A DNA stretch of 64,000 bases from Octopus vulgaris (lineage: Eukaryota): assembly GCA_951406725.2 (NCBI GenBank), contig OX597824.1, positions 99,324,001-99,388,000 of the forward strand, read 5' to 3'. Shown piece after piece: positions 24,981 through 43,959 of the stretch. The notes under the pieces are model-generated. The model made no database searches and had not been told where the DNA came from. It was given only the letters and a program-made list of their open reading frames with translations. A program made the position numbers and the translations under genes. Position 1 is the first letter of the stretch. The number at the start of each line of letters is the position of its first letter.

Positions 24981-26373
24981 TATTTCATCTGTTACGTTCG
25001 GAGTTCAAATATGTTGAATTTATTATGCCTGTTGTATACAATGTTTAGTATATCAAGAGCAAGAGGCAATTCGAAAATAAGTTATTAAAAAGAATTCTTT
25101 ACATCCCTTCTGTGGACAATTTTATCAAATTTCAGACACTTTGACACTTTAGAGACATCAGGTAGTTTTCATCATATCCACATATCTGATGTCTCTAAAG
25201 TGGAAATCTTTTGATTTAGTGGTATGTAGAAACATGTAGGTGATTACAAACGTGTGTGTGTGTGTGTGTATAGAACTGGTCAGTACTGAAAGCAATGCCA
25301 TCATAATTTCCCTCTGGAGAAATAAACTGGACAGACTTACGTGTGTGGCTGTATCTTGATTTCCTTGAAATGTATTGAGTCTTTTGTCTCTGGTGACAAA
25401 AATCTAGATACACAAACAGTGCACTCTTCCCCGTGGTTTTACTCTCACCTTCAGCTTTTCAATATTTCCCCCATCAACTCATCTTTTCCCCTCCGTCCAT
25501 CCTTACCCTCTGTAAACAGACACTCCATTGGTAAACCTTCATTTACTCTTCAATCCCATTTCTACAAATAGTGGAGACCTTTAATAACCTTCACTAACTA
25601 CTCTTCCTGTCCGTCACGCTTTCATATCACTACCCAAACCAACCATTGCTTCTCTCCAATTAAACTTCATCTGAAACCCCTTACAACCCCTGCCTCCACC
25701 TTACAGTCTTTTACTTCCTGGAATAAATCCAAAATGCATTTCTGGTTCAACCCTCTCTCATAACTCTTCAACACCTTCATTCTACGTTCCACCTGACTTG
25801 CTCTGTATAGGCCACAGTGCAGAGGCTTGCATTTCTTCAGATACCAAAGAATGAAAGTTCTCAACATTACACTCCACTGGAATAGGGTCTTCTTTCACCA
25901 CCAATTAACAGATCGCTATTCTGGGCCCCATTCCTCTAACTCCATCGCCCTGGACTCTTCCTAGATGTCCATTCTGCAGTTTACCTCTGATCATAATTTC
26001 TAACTTAGACACAACAAAATCAATTCAGAAGGAAGCAAAGACTGGGTTTCATTTCAATAAGCTGAGCCTTTCATTAGTAAATTACTTTCTCTCTCCAGCA
26101 TAACGAGACAACAGAAGACCACCACATTTTCTCTGTCATCCGTTGCTTCTGCGGAAAGAAACCCATCCAAAGTTTCCCTTTAGAAATGTCTTCGATGGCT
26201 GCAACATTAGAGAGGAGGAGGAGGAGGTAGATTGAAGGGGGGGGAGTGAAAAATGTTTAGACTTCATTTTTAAAAGATGGCACTAATTAGAATTAAGGAT
26301 GTTGTAATTAAGATAACCATTTTATATTTTCTTTATGTCTTTAAAAAAAAATAATAATTTTTCCATTTTGCAG

Positions 26374-26552
26374 GTAAGTTGCGAAGTCTTTTCATTGAAC
26401 ATGACAGTTCTGGTTTTGGTTCCGGTTGGTTCTTGGATCGTGTTGAAATAATCAATAAAATCACACGGGAGAAATCAATATTCCCCTGTAAAACTTGGCT
26501 GGACAAGAAAAAAGGAACCACATCAATATTTTTACAACCAAAGGTCAAGTGA
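26374..26552 (+). CDS. LOXHD1: Terminal coding exon, C-half of final PLAT domain
   Basis: tttgcag|gt. Translates (G)KLRSLFIEHDSSGFGSGWFLDRVEIINKITREKSIFPCKTWLDKKKGTTSIFLQPKVK*, with HD..G..WFLD and FPC..WL motifs. Stop TGA at 26550-26552. Confidence 0.9.
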
Positions 26553-26635
26553 AAAATGGTCAGGTAAAATCCTATGAAAGGAACTTACCAGGAAATCTTT
26601 TGTACCAAGATTTTACTTGTAGTTTTTGCTTTCTA

Positions 26636-26641
26636 AATAAA
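26636..26641 (+). terminator. Candidate polyadenylation signal of LOXHD1-like gene
   Basis: AATAAA ~85 nt after the stop codon, followed by a T/GT-rich stretch. Confidence 0.4.
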
Positions 26642-26839
26642 GATAATTCAGATAAACACTATTTTGTTTGTTTTCTAATATAAATCACAATACAGGTAAA
26701 GGATTCTAATAATTTAGGCTTTAACATTCAGAAGTTGTGTGCAATCTACTTCTGTAAGTGCATATATTCTGTTTAAAGACAAATATTTTTTTGAGAAAGA
26801 TTAAGGAAAAGATGCTTTCTTCCCAACAGGAGTCTGTAA

Positions 26840-27172
26840 GATTTTTATGTCCAACTTTTCTCTCAGGGCACTTACACTCTGTCGTACATGCACAGTGACA
26901 TTACGCATCCAGTCAATCATACCGGCTTCATTTCTTTCAAGCCTACGCATGTCCTCAGCAGTTACAGCCCAGGCTTCACTGTCATGTAGCATGGCTGTTT
27001 GCATACAAGCACCATACAGAGTTTATTACTCCTGAGCATTTGCCACATACAAAAACTATCTTCCCAGTTAGCCTTCCTTTGATATTGCTGCTCCTCTTAT
27101 GTGTCCATAGCTTTCATTGGGTACATCTTATGGAGTTTCTACCAACGCCTTTTCTACAGAGCGACCAGGGCT
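26840..27172 (-). mobile_element. RTE-PHD LINE fragment with internal deletion
   Basis: [25 protein letters not shown] plus the KGVGRNS region; matches 19330-19860. Confidence 0.8.
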
Positions 27173-27649
27173 ACATACATATATACACACATATATATAT
27201 GCATACATATATATATATTCATATACATATACACACATATATATATACATACATATACACATATATATACATGCATATATATATACATACATATACACAT
27301 ATATACACAAACATAGATATACATACATATATTTACAAATACATATACACATACATATATATATATATACATACATACATCCATCCACATACATATATAT
27401 ACATATATACACATACATAGACATATACAAATACATACATACACATATACATACATACACATACATATATATACATACATACACATATATATACTTACAT
27501 ACATACATATATATATACATACACATACATACACACACATACATATATACATTCATATATATATACATACATACATATACATACATACATATAAATACAT
27601 ACACATACATATATATATATAACATACATACATATACATATAAATACAT

Positions 27650-27688
<39 letters not shown>

Positions 27689-27820
27689 CATACACATATA
27701 AATACATACACATACATATATATATATACATACATACATATACACATACATACATATATACATACATACATATACATACATACATACATACATACATACA
27801 TACATACATACATACATACA

Positions 27821-27854
<34 letters not shown>

Positions 27855-28205
27855 CATACATATATATATATACATACATACATATATATATACATACATA
27901 CATATATATATATATACATACATATATATATACATACATATATATATACATACATACATATATATATATACATACATATATATATACATACATATATATA
28001 TACATACATATACATACATATACATACATACATACATACATACACATACATATATATATATATATATACATACATATATACATACATATATACATACTTA
28101 TATATATATATACATTCTTATATACATACATACTTATATATATATATACATTCTTATATACATACATACTTATATACATACTTATATACATACATACTTA
28201 TATAC

Positions 28206-28238
<33 letters not shown>

Positions 28239-28521
28239 CATACATATATATATACATACATATATATATACATACATATATATATATACATACATATATA
28301 TATACATATATACATATATATATACATACATACATATATATATACATATATATATACATACATACATATATATACATACATACATATATATACATACATA
28401 TATACATACATATATATATACATACATATATATATATACATACATATATATATACATACATATATATATACATACATATATATATACATACATATATATA
28501 TACATACATATATATATATAT
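27173..28521. repeat. Compound (TACA)n/(TA)n microsatellite A
   Basis: Directly visible. Confidence 0.97.
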
Positions 28522-30916
28522 AATATAATAATGTTCGTCCTTCGGTTCGAAGATGACCAACTGACATCATCTGATGGAACTGCCGCCATGAGACCGGAGG
28601 TGGCTGGTGAGGCCAATCCGGGCAAGGAAGCCCCTCCCACAGGTGGGGCAGAAGTGGGTAGGGGCAGTGCTACTGGTGCAGGCGGCTCTGACTTTACGCA
28701 TCTGACGTTTCTGCTCCGCTGACCGAATCCGTCCCTCCTCGGCTGTCCCTGCTCCCACGGTGATTGCGCTCTGCGCCAGGATGAGCGGTTGGCAGCAAGT
28801 GTCTCCCAGGTCTCTGTTCCGATGGAGAAGTCTTTGAGAGAGACCTTGAGACTATCCTTGTAGCACTTTTTCTGCCCTCCGACTTTGCGCCTGCCCTGGC
28901 CGAGTTCACCGTAGAAGAGCTGTTTTGGGATGCGAGTGTCGGACATGCGGGAGACGTGGCCCGCCCATCTCAGCTGGGCCTTGCGCATGATTGTGATGGT
29001 GCTAGGGAGATCTGCCTGCTTCAGAACTTCCGTGTCTGGGACTTTGTCCTGCCAGCGGATGTGAAGGAGATTCCGAAGACACCTGAGATGGAAGTGGTTT
29101 ATCTGGCGCTCGTGCCTTCGGTAAGCAGTCCACGTCTCGCAGCTGTATAGTAGAGTGGTAAGCACGACTGCCCGGTAGACTTTCAGCTTGGTGTTGAGGC
29201 TGATTCCTCTCCGCTCCCAGACTTTCTTTCGCAGTCTCCCAAACGCGCTGCTTGCCTTGGAGATTCTGTTGATGGTTTCAGCATCTATGTTGGCATTGCA
29301 GGAGAGAGTGCTGCCCAGGTAGGTGAAGTTTTCCACCACTCGTAAGATCCGTCCGTTCACCCTTATCTGAGGCTCATGGTATTGTTTGCCGGGGGCTGGC
29401 TGAAACATCACTTCGGTTTTCTTTGCACTGATGGTGAGACCGAAGTTGTCACAGGCTGATGAGAACCTGTCCATCTCGAGCTGCATCTCCTGCTCATCGA
29501 TTGCATTAAGGGCGCAGTCGTCAGCAAAGAGAAAGTCTCTGACGACTGTCTCCCTCACCTTTGTGACAGCCTGCAATCTCCTGGAGTTGAAAAGTTTCCC
29601 GTCTGTCCTGTACTTGATGTTGATACCGGACTTGCAGTCCCTAAAGGCGTCGGACATCATTGCCGAGAACATGATGCTGAACAGTGTTGGGGCCAGGACA
29701 CAGCCCTGCCTGACTCCGTTGGTCACCTGGAAGGCTTCAGATGAGTCGCCGTCCTCAAGGATTCTGGCTGTCATTCCGTCGTGGAACTGGCGGACAATTG
29801 CAATAAATTTGCTGGGGCAACCAAATTTTCCCATGACCTTCCATAGTCCCTCCCGACTGACAGTATCAAAGGCCTTGGTGAGGTCAACAAAGGTCATGCA
29901 GAGGTCAAGGTGCTGCTCCATGCATTTCTCCTGGAGCTGGCGGGCGGCGAATATCATGTCAGTGGTCCCTTGACCCGCACGGAAGCCACACTGGCTCTCA
30001 GGGAGAAGGCCTTGCTCCAAGTGTTCCAGAAGGCGGTCAAGCAGGACCCGGGCCAGGATCTTGCCTGCTATGGACAAGAGGGAAATACCTCGGTGGTTGT
30101 CGCAGGACTGCCGATCTCCTTTCCGCTTATAAATGTGGACGATTGTTGCATCCCGGAAATCTTGAGGGAGTTGTTCCCTGTCCCACATCGACTGGAACAG
30201 GCTGGTGAGCTGATTGATCATGGTGGGGCCGCCCGACTTGAACACCTCTGCAGGGATGGCGTCAGAGCCTGGAGCTTTGCCGGTGGACATTTTTTTGATG
30301 GCTCTGCTCACTTCCCCGACTGCAGGGGGAACAGCCAACTCGTGGTTTGTCGGCACCTGGGGGAGTCGTGCGATGGCTTCCTCGTTGATCTGGGCTGGTC
30401 GGTTGAGCACGATGTTGAAGTGCTCCGCCCATCTCTCCAGGATCAGCCTCTTGTTAGTCAGGATTGAGGTTCCATCTGAGCTGAGCAGGGGTGTTGATCC
30501 AAAGGAGAACTGCGGTCCATAGACAGCTTTCAGCGCCTCGTAGAATTTCTTGGTGTCGTGTTTGTCTGCGTATCCCTGAATCTCATCCGCCTTGGCGCTT
30601 AACCATGCGTCTTGCATGAGGCGGAGTTTAGCCTGGACTGTGCTGCGAATGTTGTTGAAAGCGGCCTTCTTTGCCGTGCAGGTGGTGTCATTTTGGTGAG
30701 CCCGCAGCAGACGGCGTTTCTCTTCCAGGAGCTTTTGGATTTCCTGGTCGATTTCGTCGAACCAGTCCTGGTGGTTCCTCGTAATTTGGCCCAGAGTTTC
30801 AAGGGCGATGGAATGAACCGTGTCCCTGAATGATTCCCACTGCTCATCGATGCTGGACTGGTCACTCCGAATGTCCAACAGCTTACTGTCCATACGTGAC
30901 TGGAGATCTTGTGCAG
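28522..30916 (-). mobile_element. Young 5'-truncated RTE (BovB-like) LINE with near-intact RT and C-terminal C2H2 finger
   Basis: RT motifs [40 protein letters not shown] and FTYLGS. One frameshift near 28770 precedes [21 protein letters not shown] (stop 28567). The endonuclease is missing. Confidence 0.95.
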
Positions 30917-34216
<3,300 letters not shown>

Positions 34217-34219
<3 letters not shown>

Positions 34220-35438
34220 GATATGATCTGTCACAAACTTCGTGGTCTCGGCATAGGCGGGAAACTTGGAGAGTGGCTGCACAACTTCCTAAAAGACAGA
34301 AAACAGGCAGTTGTGAGCAATGGAGCCACCTCCAGGGAAACGCAAATAACAAGCGGTGTCCCACAGGGCACTGTCTTGGGGCCACTGATGTTCATAGTGG
34401 CCCTTTCAGACATGCCTTCAGTTGCTACGATGACCACCCTTGCTAGCTATGCAGATGACACAAAAGTCTCCCACGCAATACAAAACCCTGAAAATATTGC
34501 GCATCTGCAACATGAGCTGGACACAATATACAGGTGGGCTGAGGACAACAACATGCAGTTTAATGCAGGTAAGTTCCAGGCCCTGCGCTACTGGCACACA
34601 AAGGTAAATGACGTGAAGACTGGATACACTGGCCCAGGAAGAATTGCAATCCCTGAGTCAAAATCAGTGCGTGACCTGGGCATTGACATGAGCAATGATG
34701 CATCTTTCCAAATGCATATTGCTAATCTGGTGATAAAATGCAGACGGCTAGCTGGATGGATTCTCCGAACTTTCAGAACAAGAGAGAAGGAGACACTGAT
34801 GGTCCTATGGAAAACATTTGTCCTCAGCCGCTTGGACTACTGCTCCCAACTTTGGTCACCACACAATATAAAACAAACAGCAGAACTCGAAGCAACTCAG
34901 AGAAGCTACACAAAGAAAATCGTCTCAATGCAAAATGTCAGCTACTGGGAAAGACTGAAGGTATTAAACCTCTTCTCCCTGGAGCGGAGGCGGGAGAGAT
35001 ATGCAGTGATATACATCTGGAAAATCCTGGAGGGTCTTGTCCCAAACTTTGGCATTCAAAGTTACTCCAACCGCAGAACGGGGCGCCGCTGCGTGGTGCC
35101 AAGGTTTCCAACATCACCATCAAAATACAGGTCCAGATACTGCAACAGCTTGGGTTTCAGAGGACCACAGCTCTTTAACATCCTCCCTAAATGCTTGAGA
35201 GACTTACATGGTGTGGATGTGGGTTTCTTTAAAACTAAACTGGATCTCTTCTTGTTGGGAGTCCCAGATGAACCTACCTCACGACAGGAGACACGGATGC
35301 GGGCAGCAGCATCGAACTCCCTTGTTGATCAAGTGCCACGTATCAGAGGTGGATTCACAAACTAGTGTAGCTCATTCAGCGGTGGTGCCCCAGCATGGCC
35401 GCGGCCTTCGGGCTAAAACATTTTTAAGGATTTAAGGA
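34217..35438 (+). mobile_element. 5'-truncated CR1-type LINE, uninterrupted ORF2 3' part
   Basis: [34 protein letters not shown] and LERRRERY. Stop at 35365, then a short 3' UTR and a (TTTAAGGA)2 tail. Confidence 0.93.
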
Positions 35439-37318
<1,880 letters not shown>

Positions 37319-38190
37319 CTCTTTTACTCTTTTACTTGTTTCAGCCATCCGACTGAGGCCATGCTGGGGCACCGCCCTTGTTGCTACCCTCTCTAAGTCT
37401 AGTTTGCCGTGGCTGGCCACTGATCTAAGAGAGAGTTTGTAGCTGCTGCCCTTAGGTTACCTTTGTACCTTGCAGTGGGTTCATCTGGGATCCCGGAAAG
37501 CAGCTTGTCTAGATGTTCTTTGAAAATGTCCACATCCGCATCATGTAGATCTCTTAGTTTTCTTGGCAGTTTGTTGAACAGCTGAGGGCCCCTGAACCCC
37601 AGGCTATTACAGTATCTGCTCCTTACCCTGGATGTGGAAGACAGGACCTTTGGCACCACACAGTGACATCCTGTACGGGGATTGGAACAGCTCTCAATTC
37701 CAAAATTTGGTGCTAGTCCCTCCAGGATTTTCCATATGTATATCACTGCATATCTCTCTCGTCTTCGTTCCAAGGAGTACAAATTGAGTTCCCTAAGCCT
37801 CTCCCAATAGTTCTTTTCTTTCATGGTGGAAATCCTCTTGGTGAAATGTCTTTGGATTGTCTCAAGCTCTGTGGTTAGTTTGACACTATGCGGTGACCAC
37901 AGTTGGGAGCAGTAGTCCAGGCGGCTTAGGACAAATGTCCTCCATAGTGTCAACATGGTCTCGCAGTCTCTTGTCCGGAATGTCCTCAGGATCCAGCCAG
38001 TGAGTCGTCTGCACATTGTCGCCACCTTCGCGATGTGTGAAGAAAAAGATGCATCGTCACTCATGTCTATCCCCATGTCCCGTATTGATTTCGATACTGG
38101 GATTTCGATCCCTCCTGGACCAGTATAGTTGTGTTGTAATGTATATGTGTTTACAGCTTGATATTGTAAGGCTTGAAATTTACCAGCATT
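37319..38190 (-). mobile_element. CR1-type LINE 3' fragment
   Basis: [10 protein letters not shown]...[12 protein letters not shown]...[10 protein letters not shown] (stop 37399), with an (AGTAAAAG)2 tail. Confidence 0.92.
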
Positions 38191-38489
38191 TATATACATA
38201 TATATACATACATACATACATACACATACATACACATATACATACATACATATACACATACATACATATATACATACATACATATATACATACATACATA
38301 TACACATACATACATACATACATACATATATACATATATATATACATACATACATATATACATATATATATACATACATACATATACATACATACATACA
38401 TACATATATACATACATACATATACATACATACATACATATATATACATACATACATATACATACATATATATACATACATACATATAC

Positions 38490-38528
<39 letters not shown>

Positions 38529-39028
38529 CATATATATACATATACATACATATACATACATATATATATACATACATAAACATACATACATACATATATA
38601 TATACATACATACATAAACATACATACATATATATATACATACATACATATACATACATACATATACACACATATATACATACATATACATACATATATA
38701 CATACACATACATACATATATACACACATATATACATACATATACATACATATATACATACACATACATATATACATACACATACATATATATATATATA
38801 CATACACATACATATATATATATATATACACATACATATATATATATATACATACACATACATATATATATATACATACATATATATATATACATACATA
38901 TATATATATACATACATATATACATACATATATACATATACATACATATATATATATACATACATATATATATACATACATACATACATACATATATATA
39001 CATATAAATACATATATACATACATATA
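38191..39028. repeat. Compound (TACA)n/(TA)n microsatellite D
   Basis: Directly visible. Confidence 0.97.
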
Positions 39029-40585
39029 GATTGCCTCATAAGAATTAAAGAAATCCTCATGAATCTGGAACACCACATGACCATATTTCTTATGGGTGAT
39101 TTCAACTTCCCCAACGTCAAATGGCTCGAAGGTCTCATACGCTCAGGAATGAATCTTTTCAAGCAAGTACAGGTGGAGTCCCTGCTGAACCTCACCAATG
39201 CCTTATTCATGGAGCAAGTTGTACTCAAACCAACTAGGGCGAATAACATTCTGGATCTCTGCTTCATGAGCAATATGGACATCATTCATGATGTGAAAGT
39301 GACACCGACATTAGTCTCGGATCACAACATAATAGAGCTGTCTGTGTTTGGGCCGAAAGTAACCAGAGACATACAGCCTAAAGGAAGCACCCGAAATCTC
39401 TCTAATCTGAACTTCCACAAAGCAGATTGGAAATTGATCCAAAAAGAGATCCTCAGAGAAGACTGGCCGAAATGTCTCTCCACACCAGACATTGACATGA
39501 AACTAGAATGTTTCATGTCTTCTGTGCAAGCTGTATGCCAGAAATATGTCCCAGAGCGCAAGGCCAAAACAAATAGGAGCAAGATTCCAAGGGAGAGGAA
39601 GATCCTCATGAGACGACGGACGAAGGTTGCAAATCGTCTCAACCAACATCCCAAAAGTAGCGAAACGTCCCGCCTAAAAACAACACTGATGGAGATCGAA
39701 AAAAGGCTGCAACAATCCTATGTGAGGGAGAAAGCAGACAAAGAAGCCTGAGTTATAAAAAACATTAAATCAAACCCAAAGGCCTTCTTTCATTACGCGA
39801 AAGAAACAGTCTCAGTACACAAGATAGGACCCCTCCTCCAAAAGGATGGCTCCCTCACAGACAGTCCAACTAAGATCAGTGAGATACTGAATGACCAGTT
39901 CAAAAGTGTCTTTACCACCCCGTTGGAACACAGACAAGTGAATGAACCAGTGGACTTCTTTGCCGCCTCACCTATAACCAGCGAGGCAGTTACAATAGAA
40001 TACATTGATATTAGCGAAGATGAAGTCCTACTAGCCATAGATGAAGTGGACACAAACTCAATTGCTGGTCCTGATGGTTTCCCAGCAATCCTCCTCAAAG
40101 CGTGTAAGCATGCCCTGGCAAAACCCCTCAAGATTCTCTTCCAGAGCTTTCTTACAAATGGCAAACTGCCAAGCAAGCTGAAGGAGGGAATAATATGCCC
40201 AACACATAAAGGAGGAAGTAGAGCAGATGCCAAAAACTATAGGCCTACCTCTCTGACTTCACACATCAGCAAAGTCATGGAATGGATAGTCAGAAAGAAA
40301 CTAATCGCATTCCTTGAGGAAAATAACTTGCTCAGTGATACCCAGCATGGTTTTCGACCAGGTAGGAGCTGCCTGACCCAGCTCTTACAACATTATGACT
40401 GGGTGTTGAGGCAGTTACACAACAAATCAAATGTGGACGTAATCTACCTTGATTTTGCAAAAGCTTTTGACAAGGTGGATCATGGTATGATATGCCACAA
40501 ACTGCGTGACCTTGGCATAGCTGGAAAACTTGGAGTGTGGTTACATGACTTCCTGAAAGATAGGAGTCAGGCAGTAGTGGTTAAT
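39029..40585 (+). mobile_element. CR1-type LINE internal fragment (EN C-half, linker, RT N-half)
   Basis: MGDFNFP, PTRANNILDL, SDHN, KNYRPTSLTS, QHGFRPGRSC and YLDFAKAFDKV. One in-frame stop at 39749. Ends at a TA tract (40584-40652). Confidence 0.92.
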
Positions 40586-40849
40586 ATATATATATACATA
40601 TATATATACATAAATATATATATATATATATATACCTACATATACATATATAAATCTATTACTACTATTTTGATTTTCAACATTTCTTGCATTCCTATAT
40701 TCCTATAATCATAGTATTGCTAGCTCAGCAGTCCCCAGGATCATCACCCCCACCAATTACAGACAGAATTGTTACTCGTTTTTCATTTGTAACAGTATTG
40801 CTATCACATATGTATGCAGATGTGTGTGTATATACATATATATATTCTT

Positions 40850-41355
40850 TTCCAATGGCCATTCCTGTGTGGTTGGCTTTTGGCAAATGAGGGAGAGCAA
40901 TATTGCTACCCTCATTTGAATTTCTTGCCATGATGTTCATCAGGGATCTTGGACAGCAGGTTAAGCTTTGACATAATAGTAAACATCCGTAGGCCTTTGA
41001 ATCCCAAGATATTGCAGGAACTGGTCCTCATTCTAGAGAGGATGAGTGAGACATTTGGAACAATGCAGTGGCATCTTGTTCAGCAGCTGGTATAACTCTT
41101 GATTTCACAGTTTGGTGCCAGTCTCTCAAGGGTCTACCATATATATATCACCACACATCTATTTTACCTTTTCTCTAGAAACCAGAGTCGCAATTCTTTC
41201 AGTCTCTCCCAGTAGCTCAAGTGTTTCATTGATGCAATCTTCTTGGCCTAACACTGCTAAACTGCCTTGATTTCTGCTATTACACTAACTCTGTGGGATG
41301 ACCATAGTTGAGAGCAAATGTTCTCCATAGAACCAGCATAGTTTCCTGATCCCTT
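40850..41355 (-). mobile_element. Older degraded CR1-type 3' fragment
   Basis: Remnants RDQETMLVLWRTF, SYWERL and CNILGFKG. Confidence 0.65.
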
Positions 41356-41519
41356 ATATAGATAGATACATACATACATACATACACACACAAACATGCT
41401 CCTATTTCATTGAGTGCAGCTCTATACTGAGCTGAGATGCAGCATCCTGCTAAACAGAAAATAAGAAGTAAACAGATTTTTTTAAAATGACAAAGTGAAT
41501 AGAAAAGAGAAAGAAAAAA

Positions 41520-42628
41520 AACCAATAACTTAACAGTGGAATCCTTGAAGTTTTGTTATGTTTTATTGGTGATATAGCAGACTTTCCATGTTCTTTTGGA
41601 CGATTTATACGAAGACTGACAAAATGAACCTGTCAGCTGGAACTGAAACTAACAGGGAAGAACCTCTTCCCACACTGATTGCCAAGATTCCTATGTGGAG
41701 TAAAAAGGAAGAGTAGGGAAGTACAAAGAACGAAACTTTATAAAAAGTGGTGAGTTTGGTGTGAAGGGAAGAGAGGTCACAACAACGGAGCTGTACAAAT
41801 TAGGGGGATGGGGCACGGGGGGCAGGGCAGGTCAAAGGAGAGAAGATAGCTGCATAAGGTTCACGATGCTAAAGTCTGAAAGAACAGCTGAAAAGTCGCT
41901 AAACCAGCATTAATTCTGCACGATAGAAAAAGCAGTAAATGAGATATTGAGTGGGGTAAGGCAGGATGTTACAGCAGCTCATACCATGTTTCCATTAACA
42001 AGCATGGTGGTGGTGGTGGTGGTGGTGGTGGTGGTGTTTCTGGTGTTAAGAGTAAGGAGAGGGAGAGGGGTTACAGTTGTTGCCTGTTGAAGTTGCCTTG
42101 CCACTCCTATACCACTTAATTACCACTCAACATCAACAAATACTTACAAGGAACAAAAGGAACAGTTAAGATGGGGGGTGGGAGGAGAGAAAGGGTCAGT
42201 GAAAATGAGTAAAGAGCAGAATTGTGGGAGATTTATTGGTTCCAGATTAAATGTTCCTAATTCACCCTTAAGAAGAATTCTGCTCAGTTTAATAAGTTCA
42301 ACATTTACTGCTTATCTCTTAATTTACTAATAGAAAAGATAATTAACCAGAAATCCACTAGAATATTTGTTGGTAAAAGTGAAAAAAGAACTTAGATGTG
42401 ACCCCATTCTATAGCCCAAATATGAAGAGGGGAGCCAATAAACCTTCCACAAGACAAGTGTTGATTAGTCGAGTGTCAAAAGATTGAGGGAAAATGCCTA
42501 CAAAAGCATCATAATAAAGTGTCACCTTATGACCAGCCATCAAGAGGAGGGGAAGGGAGATGTTGTCTGCCTGTTGGTGGCCAGTCATTTATACGACCCA
42601 TCACACAGTTTCTATGCTCCAGAATTTA
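41520..42628 (-). other. Probable Caprin-1 3' UTR
   Basis: Largely TE-free sequence downstream of the stop. Minus-strand AATAAA occurs near 42232 and 41562. The end position is approximate. Confidence 0.45.
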
Positions 42629-42726
42629 CTACTGTGCCAGAGTTTGCTGGGAAAAGGTAGGTCGGCCAAGCCCAGTATTGCCTCTTCCTCCACGGATACC
42701 TCCAGTTCGTGGCTGTCCTCGTACAG
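42629..42726 (-). CDS. CAPRIN1: Caprin-1 terminal coding exon (RGG box)
   Basis: ttattttag|ct. Translates (A)VRGQPRTGGIRGGRGNTGLGRPTFSQQTLAQ*, ending in TAG. Confidence 0.85.
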
Positions 42727-43580
42727 CTAAAATAAGAAAACAACACAACATTCAAGACAAGGTCATTCCTAAACTGATGGTCACAACAAAACATTCGAAC
42801 TTAGGATAGTTTTACATTTAAAAAGAAACAAAACAAAAATTAGTTCTATAATAAAGAACTTAGAATAAATTCTTGTAATAAATTTTACAATATAAAATGG
42901 AGAAGAACATTATTGAATTTTTATATCAGAAAACTTACAAGGTAAAACAAGTAGTTTAGCTACTCTAAGCCAACCTGCCACATAAACCACAAAATCTTTC
43001 TAAATTAAAGATTTGAGATATTGGCAGTTGGTAAAGATTAACTTTAATCACATCAAGATTATAGAAAGGCATGCATGGGTGCCACTGGCTCATAAATAGA
43101 GTGCCATGAAGACGTAATTAAATAGAGTTACTGTGTTCAAACCCAGCCAATGTTAGCTGTAGATTAAGAAACTTCAGCAGAGGAGAGCATTAGCAGAGAG
43201 ACACCATGGAATGGATTGAAATGCTACCAATATTCTGGTGTTTGTAGCTGATACAGTCACATGGGGGAGGGGTCAATCATATCTTTGGGAAATAATATTT
43301 AATAAGGAAAACTTACTTTTCATTTATAAGCAAAAGTAAGATAAAGTGAGAAAAGTTAATTGAATAAAGCCAGCAACTGTTGATGATGATGATAAGAATT
43401 GATATTCGTTATAAAACAATGGTAGCAAGGAGTAAAAATGAGGGACGGTTACAATGAAATGAGGCAGAGGCCGAAATGAATGATGAAACTGGTTATTTCT
43501 TTCTGATAAGAAGACAAACTTTTAGTAAATACATCTAAAGAATAAGAGGATTTTAAACTTATTGATTTTTAAAGTAATGG

Positions 43581-43629
<49 letters not shown>

Positions 43630-43959
43630 ATGCCTAAGCAGAGAGTATAGCTTGGCACAGTCCTCTGGCTTGCCAGCTCCTGTCAAACTGTCCAACTCCT
43701 GCCAGCATGGAAAATGGACGTCAATGATCACACATACACATTATATATGTGTGTGTATATATATGTGGTTGGCGTTAGGAAGGGCATCCAGCTGTAGAAA
43801 CACTGCCAGATCTGACTGGCCTGGTGCAGCCTTCAGGCTCCCCAGACCCCAGTTGAACCGTCCAACCCATGCTAGCATGGAAAGCGGACGTTAAACAATG
43901 ATGATATATATATATATATATATATAGTCAGTTATAGCAACATTAGTACCTGAATAATA

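Noticed and set aside
43020-43300. Intronic snoRNA or other ncRNA in the last Caprin intron
   Set aside because: No convincing C/D or H/ACA box arrangement seen by eye; an Rfam scan would be needed.
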